In this document: positions 55,467 through 64,000 of the stretch, one piece after another
Layout: each line of letters opens with the position of its first letter
How positions within the stretch are numbered: the stretch's first letter is position 1
Origin: an uncultured Clostridia bacterium
GTDB lineage: Bacteria; Bacillota; Clostridia; Oscillospirales; JAAYOS01
Length of the DNA: 64,000 nt
Assembly: GCA_944387575.1 (NCBI GenBank)
Contig: CALXFK010000064.1
Location: forward strand, 20,689-84,688
Direction of reading: 5' to 3'
Translations under genes and position numbers: made by a program
The notes under the pieces: generated by a model
The model's database searches: none
Told to the model about the DNA's origin: nothing
Seen by the model: only the letters and a program-made list of their open reading frames with translations

Positions 55467-56723
55467 TTGAGCGGAAAGATGCGGGTAGTCGCGATAATTC
55501 TGGCGTGTGGAGTGCTGCTCGGGATATTTGGTGCGCTCGGAGCCGCGGCGGAGGGAAACGTGTACTTCACTGCTGCCGCCGACGAGCTTAGACCGCTCTC
55601 GGACGACACGATGCCGTTTGTCCGCTCTGGCGAGTACTATCTGCCGTATACCATATTTTCAGAAAAGTCGCTCGGGATATCCTATTCCCGCGACCTGAGT
55701 AAGTACACTCTCACACTCAGCGATGGGTCAAAGACGCTAGTGTTCGATTCGCTGCGCGGTTATGCGTACGACGAGCAGCAGAGGTACGACGAGCGGCTTG
55801 CCGCGCGCAATGGGACGGTGTATCTGCCGATAGAGTTTGTGTGCGATTATTTCGGGCTGGATTTCCAGGTCATAGCCACAAAGCCGGTGCCTATTCTGCG
55901 AGTGGCGGGAAGCGGCTCGATGAGCCAGTCCGAATTCAGGCAGAAGGTGGAGGTCGGGCTTGCGCAGCTTTACCTTGAGTACCAGACGGCGGGCGAGGAC
56001 GATCCCTCACCAAGCGCGACCGGAAGCACCGCGCCGTCTCCGACCCCATCCGGCGGCGAGGTAGATTCCTCTCCGGAGCCGACACCGGAGCAGCCGGAGG
56101 AGGAACCGGTGACTGTATACCTCACTTTTGACGACGGTCCGAATGTCCACACGACCGATATTTTGAACGTGCTGGACGACTACGATGTCAAGGCGGCGTT
56201 TTTCCTCACCGGGAGCCTGCTCGAAAGCGAGGACAGGCAGGACATTGTGCGCCGGATAGTAGGAAGCGGGCACACGGTCGGTATACACGCATATTCGCAC
56301 GTCCCAGAGCAGATGTACGCTTCGGTGGAGTCTCTTACCGGTGAGCTTGAGCGGGCAAACGAGGCTCTGCGCGCAATAACAGGCGAGCGTACGCGGCTCT
56401 TTCGGTTTCCGTACGGGTCGAGGTACACGGCGGTGACCAAGAATATGCGAGAGGCGGTCATCGGAGCGGGCTATCGCTACTGGGATTGGACGGTGGACGC
56501 CGAGGACTATACGCAGCCGTCTGCGGCGGCGCTCGCAAGTCAGGTGATAAGTGGGTTGAGGGCGGCAAAGCCGGGCTCGACGGCGGTGGTGTTGATGCAC
56601 GACACCGGGTATACCGCGCAGGCACTTGAGACGATACTCGACTATATCGAGGCGGGAAACTTTGTAATAGAAACCATTCAGGTCACCACCGACCCGATAA
56701 ACTTTGGCGGAGACCTGCGATGA
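55467..56723 (+). CDS. Polysaccharide deacetylase (NodB homology) with an N-terminal copper-amine-oxidase-N-like domain
   Basis: The TTG start has a GGAGGAGG RBS and a signal peptide follows. NodB motifs are TFDDGP and HAYSH. A Pro/Ser/Thr/Glu linker is present. Confidence 0.85.
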   Translation: MSGKMRVVAIILACGVLLGIFGALGAAAEGNVYFTAAADELRPLSDDTMPFVRSGEYYLPYTIFSEKSLGISYSRDLSKYTLTLSDGSKTLVFDSLRGYAYDEQQRYDERLAARNGTVYLPIEFVCDYFGLDFQVIATKPVPILRVAGSGSMSQSEFRQKVEVGLAQLYLEYQTAGEDDPSPSATGSTAPSPTPSGGEVDSSPEPTPEQPEEEPVTVYLTFDDGPNVHTTDILNVLDDYDVKAAFFLTGSLLESEDRQDIVRRIVGSGHTVGIHAYSHVPEQMYASVESLTGELERANEALRAITGERTRLFRFPYGSRYTAVTKNMREAVIGAGYRYWDWTVDAEDYTQPSAAALASQVISGLRAAKPGSTAVVLMHDTGYTAQALETILDYIEAGNFVIETIQVTTDPINFGGDLR

Positions 56724-56775
56724 TACGCCCGGGGTTCCGGGACAGCAACAAGAAATCAGTATTGGAGCATTACAG

Positions 56776-57957
56776 ATGGAGATCATACTTGGAAAGATGG
56801 GCGAGGTGGTGCTCAAGGGACAGAACCGGCGCCAATTTGAAAACCGGCTCCTGTCCACCCTCCGGCACCGCCTGCGCCGCTACGGCGCGTTTAATGTGTA
56901 TGCCATGCAGTCCACAGTGTATGTCGAGCCTGTCTCGGAGGATGCGGACGGCGAGATGGCGTTCGAGATAACGCGGAGGCTGTTCGGGCTGGCGGCGGTG
57001 AGCCGCGCGTACTCGTGCGCGAAAAATGTCGACGACATTTCACGCACCGCAATAGACCGCCTCTCGCCTAGTCTCGGGGCGGCGGCGAGTTTCAAGGTCG
57101 AGACCCGCCGCTCGGACAAGGCGTTTCCTATGACCTCACCCGAGATCTCGCGAGAGGTTGGAGGGCGCATCGCGGAAGCGTTCCCGGCACTTCGGGTGGA
57201 CGTGAAAACCCCGGCGGTCACGGTGTACGTCGAGGTGCGTGACCGCGCCGCGTACGTACATACCGACCCGACGCCGGGCGCTGGCGGATTGCCGCAGGGG
57301 ACTGCGGGGCGCGCCGCGATAATGCTCTCCGGCGGCATAGACAGCCCGGTGGCGGCGTACATGATGGCGAAGCGCGGGCTTGAGCTGGAGGGGATACATT
57401 TCTTCAGCTATCCGTATACATCAGAGAGAGCGAAGGACAAGGTGCTCCGGCTCGCGTCTATTCTCGCGGGACACACCGGGTATCTGCCGGTACATGTCGT
57501 GCCGTTCACTGCGGTGCAGGAGCGGATACGGGACAGGTGTCCTGAGGAGTATTTCACAATAATCATGCGCCGCTCGATGATGCGAATTGCGTGCGCCGTT
57601 GCGGAGCGGAACGAGTGCCGCGCGCTCGTCACCGGGGAGAGTCTCGGGCAGGTCGCAAGCCAGACGCTTGCGGCGCTCGCGGTTACCGAGGAGGCGGCGT
57701 CGATGCCGGTGTTCCGTCCGTGTATCGGACTTGACAAGGAGGAAATAGTCACGATATCCCGTAGGATTGGAGCATTTGAGACGTCTATCCTGCCGTATGA
57801 GGACTGCTGCACGGTGTTCACGCCGCGCCATCCGCGCACAAAGCCACGCCTTGCGGATGTGCTCGAGGTGGAGAAGGCGGCGGAACTTGAGGAGCTGGAG
57901 GCGGAGGCGATAGCCGCCGTCGAAAGGGTCAAGACCGAGCCTCTGCTCGAACTGTGA
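56776..57957 (+). CDS. thiI: tRNA 4-thiouridine synthase
   Basis: The protein has an N-terminal ferredoxin-like domain, a THUMP domain and the PP-loop LSGGIDSPVAAY. Confidence 0.9.
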   Translation: MEIILGKMGEVVLKGQNRRQFENRLLSTLRHRLRRYGAFNVYAMQSTVYVEPVSEDADGEMAFEITRRLFGLAAVSRAYSCAKNVDDISRTAIDRLSPSLGAAASFKVETRRSDKAFPMTSPEISREVGGRIAEAFPALRVDVKTPAVTVYVEVRDRAAYVHTDPTPGAGGLPQGTAGRAAIMLSGGIDSPVAAYMMAKRGLELEGIHFFSYPYTSERAKDKVLRLASILAGHTGYLPVHVVPFTAVQERIRDRCPEEYFTIIMRRSMMRIACAVAERNECRALVTGESLGQVASQTLAALAVTEEAASMPVFRPCIGLDKEEIVTISRRIGAFETSILPYEDCCTVFTPRHPRTKPRLADVLEVEKAAELEELEAEAIAAVERVKTEPLLEL

Positions 57958-57984
57958 AGCTACAAATGGAGGAAAGGAGAAAAA

Positions 57985-59244
57985 ATGTCGCTTACCGCTG
58001 AAATTCTCTCGATAGGTACCGAGCTGCTGCTCGGCGACATAACAAATACCGACGCACAGGCTATCGCACAGGAGCTGGGCGCGCTCGGAATAAATGTTTA
58101 CTTCCAGACGGTTGTGGGGGACAACCCCGAGCGTATCCGCCGGGCGGTGGAGATAGCAAAGAGCCGTGCAGATTTGATAGTGACCACTGGGGGGCTGGGT
58201 CCCACGTATGACGACATAACAAAGCAGACCCTTGCCGAGAGCTTTGGTCTGCCGCTCGAGATGCACGAACCGACGGTCGAACGGATACGCTCCTATTTCG
58301 AACGCAGGGGAGGCACAATGACCGAGAACAATCTCCTGCAGGCAATGCTCCCGCGCGGGTGCACGGTACTCGAGAACGACTGGGGCACCGCACCGGGGGT
58401 CGCGTTTGAGGCGAACGGCAAGGTGGTCGTGATGCTGCCCGGTCCGCCGCGCGAGTGTGAGCCGATGCTGCGTGAGCGGGTGCTGCCATACCTCAAAAAG
58501 TTCAGCGACGCCGCGCTCGTGAGCCGGAACATACGGGTGGTCGGGCTGGGTGAGTCCGCGATGGAGTACAGGCTGCACGACCGGATAGTGTCGATGACCA
58601 ATCCGACAGTCGCACCGTACGCAAAGACGTTTGAGTGCCTGCTGCGTGTGACTGCGCGCGCAGAGACGAGCGAGGAAGCCCGCGCGATGACCGAGCCGGT
58701 GGTGGAGGAGATATGTCGCGAGCTCGGTGACGTGGTGTACGGAGTGGATGCGGACTCTCTCGAGTCGGTAGTCTTTGAACTGCTCAGGTCGCGTGGGCTC
58801 ACGCTCGCTGCGGCGGAGAGCTGCACCGGAGGCATGTTCGGCGAGCGATTCACGTCGGTGCCGGGGGCATCGGAAGTGTACCGGGGCGGCGTGTGCAGCT
58901 ATTCAAACGACCTGAAGGTCAACCTTCTCGGAGTGGACGCCGGGTTGATAGAGCGGCTGGGCGCGGTGAGCGCGGAAGTCGCACAGCAGATGGCAGAGGG
59001 AGTGCGCCGCGCGTGCGGGGCGGATATAGGCATCGGGATAACCGGCGTCGCCGGTCCTGCGGAGAGCGAGCGGAAACCGGCGGGTCTCGTGTATATCGCG
59101 GTCGCGGACGCTGCGGGTGTGGCGGTGCGCGAACTGCATCTCGGGCGCGGGCGCGAGAGGGTGCGCACCGGAGCTGTGGTCTCGACGCTCGACCTCGTGC
59201 GGAGAAGGGTGCTCGGGCTGCCGGTCAACCCTCAGGATGATTGA
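57985..59244 (+). CDS. cinA: CinA (competence/damage-inducible protein; MoCF-binding domain plus PncC NMN deamidase)
   Basis: Sequence includes AEILSIGTELLLGDITNTDA and TTGGLGPTYDDIT. The C-terminal part reads AESCTGG. Confidence 0.9.
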   Translation: MSLTAEILSIGTELLLGDITNTDAQAIAQELGALGINVYFQTVVGDNPERIRRAVEIAKSRADLIVTTGGLGPTYDDITKQTLAESFGLPLEMHEPTVERIRSYFERRGGTMTENNLLQAMLPRGCTVLENDWGTAPGVAFEANGKVVVMLPGPPRECEPMLRERVLPYLKKFSDAALVSRNIRVVGLGESAMEYRLHDRIVSMTNPTVAPYAKTFECLLRVTARAETSEEARAMTEPVVEEICRELGDVVYGVDADSLESVVFELLRSRGLTLAAAESCTGGMFGERFTSVPGASEVYRGGVCSYSNDLKVNLLGVDAGLIERLGAVSAEVAQQMAEGVRRACGADIGIGITGVAGPAESERKPAGLVYIAVADAAGVAVRELHLGRGRERVRTGAVVSTLDLVRRRVLGLPVNPQDD

Positions 59245-59272
59245 ACTTTAACTTCGGAAGGAATTTGGATAG

Positions 59273-60652
59273 ATGACCGCATTTGTAAGCGAAAACGAAC
59301 TTGAATACCAGCGCGAATGCATGCGCCGTGTGCGCGCTATGCAGAGCGGAGCGACAGCATTCGTGGACACCTACGGCTGTCAGCAGAACGAGGCGGACAG
59401 TGAGCGGATGCGCGGAATGCTGCGCGAGATGGGATACACGCTCGCGCCGGACGAGCGCGCTGACCTCGTGATTATAAACACCTGCGCTGTACGGGAGCAC
59501 GCGGAGCAGCGTGCCCTCGGCAATATCGGGCATATGGTCCACTACAAGAGGGAGAATCCCGCGCAGAAGATAATCCTTGCGGGGTGCATGGCGGGTGAAC
59601 CGGGTGCGAGGGAGCGCGTGCGCCGCAGCTATCGGCAGGTAGATGCGGTGTTGGATACCACCAATTTCTGGAGGCTGCCCGAGACGGTGCTGCATCTGCT
59701 AGAGACGGGGGAACGCTCCATACCGGACACCGAGCCGGACAGCCGCATAGCAGAGGGGCTGCCGGTAGTACGTACACATCCGCACAAGGCATATGTGTCG
59801 ATAATGTACGGGTGCAACAATTTCTGCACCTATTGCATAGTTCCGCATGTGCGCGGCAGGGAACGCAGCCGTTGTCCGCAGGACGTGCTCGGCGAGGTGG
59901 AGGCGCTCGTCAAGGACGGCTGCCGCGACATCATGCTGCTCGGTCAGAACGTGAACAGTTACGCGGGCGAGGGCATGGATTTCGCAGAGCTGCTCGGGGC
60001 AGCGGCGAGCTTTGACGGGGATTACGTCGTGCGCTTCATGACGAGCCACCCCAAGGACTGCACGCATAAGCTGATAGACACGATAGCCGCCTGCCCGAAG
60101 GTGGAGCGGCACATACATCTGCCGGTTCAGTCCGGTTCGAGCAGGATACTTAAAGCCATGAACCGGCGCTACACGCGGGAGAGCTATCTCGAACTTGTGG
60201 ACTATGCGCGCAGCAAAATACCGGGGTTGGTGCTTACAAGCGACGTGATCGTAGGATTTCCCGGAGAGACGGAGCAGGACTTTGAGGACACGCTCTCGCT
60301 TGTACGTGAGGTGCGATACGACTCGCTTTTCACCTTTATATTCTCCCCGAGGGAGGGGACGCCGGCGGCGGCAATGGACGACCCGACCACGCGCGAGGAG
60401 AAGAGCGAGCGGTTTGCTCGGCTTACGGACCTGCAAAACGAGATATCTATGGAGATACACTCGGAGGCGGTGGGCAGAACAGTTCGCGCGCTCATAGACG
60501 GTGAGAGCCGCGGCGGAGAGCTGAATCTCGCCGCACGCACGCAGGAGGGTCGGCTGATAAATCTCGCGGGTGACCCGTCGCTTACCGGGCAGTTCCGGGA
60601 CGTGGAGATAACAGGAGCTACGACCTGGTCATTTATCGGGCGGCTTAAATAG
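59273..60652 (+). CDS. miaB: tRNA-i6A37 methylthiotransferase
   Basis: Sequence includes TYGCQQNEADSE and INTCAVREHAE. The radical-SAM motif is CNNFCTYC, and a TRAM C-terminus follows. Confidence 0.9.
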   Translation: MTAFVSENELEYQRECMRRVRAMQSGATAFVDTYGCQQNEADSERMRGMLREMGYTLAPDERADLVIINTCAVREHAEQRALGNIGHMVHYKRENPAQKIILAGCMAGEPGARERVRRSYRQVDAVLDTTNFWRLPETVLHLLETGERSIPDTEPDSRIAEGLPVVRTHPHKAYVSIMYGCNNFCTYCIVPHVRGRERSRCPQDVLGEVEALVKDGCRDIMLLGQNVNSYAGEGMDFAELLGAAASFDGDYVVRFMTSHPKDCTHKLIDTIAACPKVERHIHLPVQSGSSRILKAMNRRYTRESYLELVDYARSKIPGLVLTSDVIVGFPGETEQDFEDTLSLVREVRYDSLFTFIFSPREGTPAAAMDDPTTREEKSERFARLTDLQNEISMEIHSEAVGRTVRALIDGESRGGELNLAARTQEGRLINLAGDPSLTGQFRDVEITGATTWSFIGRLK

Positions 60653-60705
60653 CTGCGCCGCAGAATACAGGTACACATATATTATAGTTTACAGGTGGTG
60701 GGAAA

Positions 60706-63309
60706 ATGGCTCAGACGCCGATGATGAAGCAGTATCTCCAAATGAAGGAGCAGAACGGGGACTGCATACTGTTCTTCAGACTGGGCGACTTCTATGAGAT
60801 GTTCGGCGAGGATGCCAAAACCGTCTCAAAGGAGCTCGACCTCGTACTTACTACGCGGGACCGAAGTGCTCCGGAGGAAGAGCGGGTGCCGATGTGCGGG
60901 GTGCCGTATCACTCGGCGGAGGGGTACATAGCACGTCTGCTCGCGCGCGGGTACAAGATAGCGGTGTGCGAGCAGATGGAGGACCCAAAGTCGGCAAAAG
61001 GGCTCGTCAAGAGGGACATAACCCGGATAATCACCCCCGGAACAGCGGTAGAGAGTTCGATGCTTGAGGAGGCGAAGAACAACTTCCTGGCATCTGTCTA
61101 TATAGACGGGGAGGACACAGGGGTATGCTTCTGCGACATGTCGACCGGAGAGCTGTATGTGACCGGGCTGCATGGAGAAGGGGCGACGTCGCTTGAAAGT
61201 GAGCTCGGTCGGTTTTCACCGTCTGAGGTGGTGCTATGCCCTGCGGCGGCGGATGACGCCGCGCTGTGCTCGTTTCTCACCGAGCGGCTCGGATGTTCGG
61301 TAGAGAAGCCGGACGGCGCCGATTTTGAGCGGGCGGACGAGGTCTGTGGGCGGCAGTTCGGGTCTGCGGGTGACAAACTGCTCACGCTCCCCTCTGCGGC
61401 GGCAGCTGTGACCGGGCTTTTGAACTACCTCTACCGCACTCAGAAGAGCGACCTCGGATATATCCGCGCTCCAGAGATATACGAGCGGGGCAAGTTTATG
61501 GTGCTCGACCTCACCGCGCGGCGGAACCTCGAGCTCTGTGGTGCGCTGCGCACCGGAGAAAAGAGGGGGAGTCTCCTGTGGGTGTTGGACAGGACGCTGA
61601 CGCCGATGGGCGGGAGGCTACTGCGTTCATGGGTGGAAAAGCCGCTGACCGACCCAGGAGAGATAAACCGGAGACTGGATGCGGTGCAGGCGTTCGTGAA
61701 CGACCAGGCGCTTCGCGACCGCATGGGCGATTCGCTCAACGGGTTTGGGGACATGGAGCGCACCCTTGCGCGCATTGCGTACGGTAATGCAAACGCGCGG
61801 GATATGCGGGCGCTTGCCCAGGCTGCCCGCAGAATGCCCGGGCTCATTGAGACGCTCGAAGGGGCACCGTCGCCGCTGCTCTGCGCGATAGCGAAGGAGG
61901 CGGACGGTCTTGAGGACATAGCGGAGCTTGTGAGCAGCGCTATCGCGGATGATCCGCCCTTTTCGGTGCGGGAGGGCGGATTCATCCGCCGCGGGTACAA
62001 CGCGGAGGTGGATCGTCTCGATGATCTGCTAAAGGGCGGTCGTGGCGGGGTGGCTGCGGTGGAGGCTCGTGAACGCGAGCGCACCGGTATCAAGACCCTG
62101 AAGGTGGGTTACAACCGGGTATTCGGGTACTATATCGAGGTGCGACGGAGCGCGGGGGACAAACTGCCCGACGACTACATCCGCAAGCAGACGCTTGTGG
62201 ACAGGGAGAGGTACATAACCCCCGAGCTCAAGGAGATGGAAAGCGCGATACTCACCGCGTCCGAGCGGATAAACGCGCTTGAGTGGGAACTTTTTGAGGA
62301 GCTGCGCGCGCGAATTTCAGCCGAGGCGCGCAGGATACAGCGCACCGCACATGCGGTCGCGCAGGCGGACGCGCTCCGCTCGCTCGGCGAGACGGCGGCG
62401 CAGTACGGCTACTGCCGACCGGAGGTCGACCTGTCCGACGTGATAGAGATACGCGACGGCAGGCATCCGGTCGTCGAGAGAATGCTGAAAAATGCGATGT
62501 TCGTGCCGAACGACACTCTGCTCGACCGGTCTGAGAATGTCGCGGCGATAATCACTGGACCGAACATGGCGGGTAAATCGACATATATGCGGCAGGTGGC
62601 GCTGATAGTGCTGATGGCGCAGATGGGTAGTTTCGTCCCGGCGCGCTCGGCACGGATCGGAATTGTCGACCGGATATTCACACGCATAGGGGCGTCGGAT
62701 GACCTCGCTGCGGGGCGTTCCACATTCATGGTTGAGATGAGCGAGGTCGCGGAGATAGTTTACGGCGCGACGAGTTCGAGCCTGCTGATACTCGACGAGA
62801 TCGGTCGGGGCACTTCCACGTTCGACGGCATGGCTATCGCGCGCGCGGTGCTCGAGTGGGTGAGCGACCGCCGCAGGATAGGTGCGCGCACGCTGTTTGC
62901 GACGCACTACCACGAGCTCACTGCGCTTGAAGACGAACTTGACGGAGTGAAAAATTACAACATCGCTGCAAAAAAGAGGGGTCAGGACATAATTTTCCTG
63001 AGGAAGATAGTGCGCGGCGGTACCGATGACAGCTACGGCATAGAGGTGGCGCGGCTCGCGGGGCTGCCGGATGCGCTGATCCGTCGGGCGGGACAGGTGC
63101 TCGAAGGTCTGGAAAGCGGCGGAGAAAAAACCGCCGTATCCCGCGCAAAGCCGGGCGGAGATGAGGACGGTCAGGTATCTCTCGGAAGCCTCGGCTCGGA
63201 CAGGATAGCCGAGAAGCTCCGCGCTATCGACCTGAACGTGATAACGCCGATAGAGGCGATGACAAAGCTGTACGAGCTGAAACAGGAGGCGGAGCACGCC
63301 GACTTCTGA
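60706..63309 (+). CDS. mutS: DNA mismatch repair protein MutS
   Basis: Sequence includes TPMMKQYLQMKEQ...FFRLGDFYEMF. Walker A is GPNMAGKST, with STFMVEM and DEIGRGTST also present. Confidence 0.95.
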   Translation: MAQTPMMKQYLQMKEQNGDCILFFRLGDFYEMFGEDAKTVSKELDLVLTTRDRSAPEEERVPMCGVPYHSAEGYIARLLARGYKIAVCEQMEDPKSAKGLVKRDITRIITPGTAVESSMLEEAKNNFLASVYIDGEDTGVCFCDMSTGELYVTGLHGEGATSLESELGRFSPSEVVLCPAAADDAALCSFLTERLGCSVEKPDGADFERADEVCGRQFGSAGDKLLTLPSAAAAVTGLLNYLYRTQKSDLGYIRAPEIYERGKFMVLDLTARRNLELCGALRTGEKRGSLLWVLDRTLTPMGGRLLRSWVEKPLTDPGEINRRLDAVQAFVNDQALRDRMGDSLNGFGDMERTLARIAYGNANARDMRALAQAARRMPGLIETLEGAPSPLLCAIAKEADGLEDIAELVSSAIADDPPFSVREGGFIRRGYNAEVDRLDDLLKGGRGGVAAVEARERERTGIKTLKVGYNRVFGYYIEVRRSAGDKLPDDYIRKQTLVDRERYITPELKEMESAILTASERINALEWELFEELRARISAEARRIQRTAHAVAQADALRSLGETAAQYGYCRPEVDLSDVIEIRDGRHPVVERMLKNAMFVPNDTLLDRSENVAAIITGPNMAGKSTYMRQVALIVLMAQMGSFVPARSARIGIVDRIFTRIGASDDLAAGRSTFMVEMSEVAEIVYGATSSSLLILDEIGRGTSTFDGMAIARAVLEWVSDRRRIGARTLFATHYHELTALEDELDGVKNYNIAAKKRGQDIIFLRKIVRGGTDDSYGIEVARLAGLPDALIRRAGQVLEGLESGGEKTAVSRAKPGGDEDGQVSLGSLGSDRIAEKLRAIDLNVITPIEAMTKLYELKQEAEHADF

Positions 63310-63329
63310 GCGCGACATGGAGGCGCTTA

Positions 63330-64000
63330 ATGGCGAAAATATTAAAACTTGACCGGAAGGTTGCCGACCTCATAGCCGCGGGCGAGGTGGTGGAGCGACC
63401 GTCGTCGGTCGTAAAGGAACTTTTAGAAAACGCAATAGACGCGGGCGCGCACAGCGTGTCGGTGGATATTTCGCATGGGGGTCTGCGCTCCATCCGGGTC
63501 ACCGACGATGGCTGCGGGATAGAGCGGGAGGACGTGCCGGTCGCATTTCTGCGGCATGCGACTTCAAAGGTGCGCACCGCGCAAGACCTTGCGGCGATAG
63601 GGACAATGGGGTTTCGCGGGGAGGCGCTTGCGAGCATCGCCGCCGTCTCCCGCGTCGAAATACGGACAAAGACCGCACAGGAGCTTGCGGGATTTATTTA
63701 TAGGATAGAAGGGGGAGAGGAGACCGGGAGCGACGAGTGCGGCATGCAGACCGGTTCGGTCGTGACGGTGAGCGACCTCTTCTACAACACCCCGGCACGA
63801 ATGAAGTTTGTAAAGCATGAGGCGGCGGAAGCTGGACTGGTGCAGACGGTCGTGCGCTCGGCGGCGCTCTCCCGCCCGGATGTGGCGTTTGAATTTCTGA
63901 GAGAGGGCACGCGCGTATTCGGCACACCGGGTGACGGCAAGCTGATGAGCGCGGTCTACGCCGCACTCGGCAGGGAGTTTGCGGCGGGACTTGCGCCGGT
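63330..64000 (+). CDS. mutL: DNA mismatch repair protein MutL (N-terminal part; continues past the window)
   Basis: Sequence includes MAKILKLDRKVADLIAAGEVVERPSSVVKELLENAIDAG and GFRGEAL. Confidence 0.9.
   Translation, partial: MAKILKLDRKVADLIAAGEVVERPSSVVKELLENAIDAGAHSVSVDISHGGLRSIRVTDDGCGIEREDVPVAFLRHATSKVRTAQDLAAIGTMGFRGEALASIAAVSRVEIRTKTAQELAGFIYRIEGGEETGSDECGMQTGSVVTVSDLFYNTPARMKFVKHEAAEAGLVQTVVRSAALSRPDVAFEFLREGTRVFGTPGDGKLMSAVYAALGREFAAGLAP

Overview
This 64-kb window is a densely coding, GC-rich chromosome segment that looks like Firmicutes/Clostridia. The ptb/pta-buk pair, GerMN, the dac paralogues, miaB-mutS-mutL synteny and the darA(yaaQ)-holB pair suggest an Oscillospirales-like anaerobe, but that is only a guess. 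I support about 56 protein-coding genes, mostly on the + strand, and nearly all are housekeeping. They cover acyl-phosphate metabolism (acpS, pta-like, buk) and cell wall functions (HtrA, two D-Ala-D-Ala carboxypeptidases, FemAB-type transferase, alr, polysaccharide deacetylase, GT2). They also cover amino-acid metabolism (argH, gdhA, metY, ilvE, ridA, an amino-acid ABC transporter), sugar-phosphate enzymes (pgi, a phosphohexomutase) and tRNA modification (mtaB, miaB, thiI). DNA repair and stress genes are present too (recJ, rel, radC, cinA, mutS, mutL, holB, rnhA), along with a two-component system followed by a GerMN lipoprotein. I saw no rRNA, tRNA, CRISPR array, transposase, integrase or phage genes. 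I do not see a convincing, clearly novel multi-gene system.

The items most worth a second look are:
1. A LacI-linked two-gene pair resembling a C-glycoside deglycosidase (small beta-rich subunit plus xylose-isomerase-like TIM barrel). It lacks the usual sugar oxidoreductase and sits next to an unusual Fe-S flavoprotein with a zinc-ribbon fusion.
2. A single-base frameshift in an A6 run that detaches the conserved N-terminus of the pta-like gene.
3. A secreted RCC1-repeat / copper-amine-oxidase-N-like / trypsin-like protease fusion next to a CPBP protease.
4. An orphan condensation-domain-like protein with an HR (not HH) motif, followed by a structured leader and a mini RecA-like P-loop protein upstream of pgi.

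All functional calls come from reading the translated ORFs against remembered family motifs. No database search was run.
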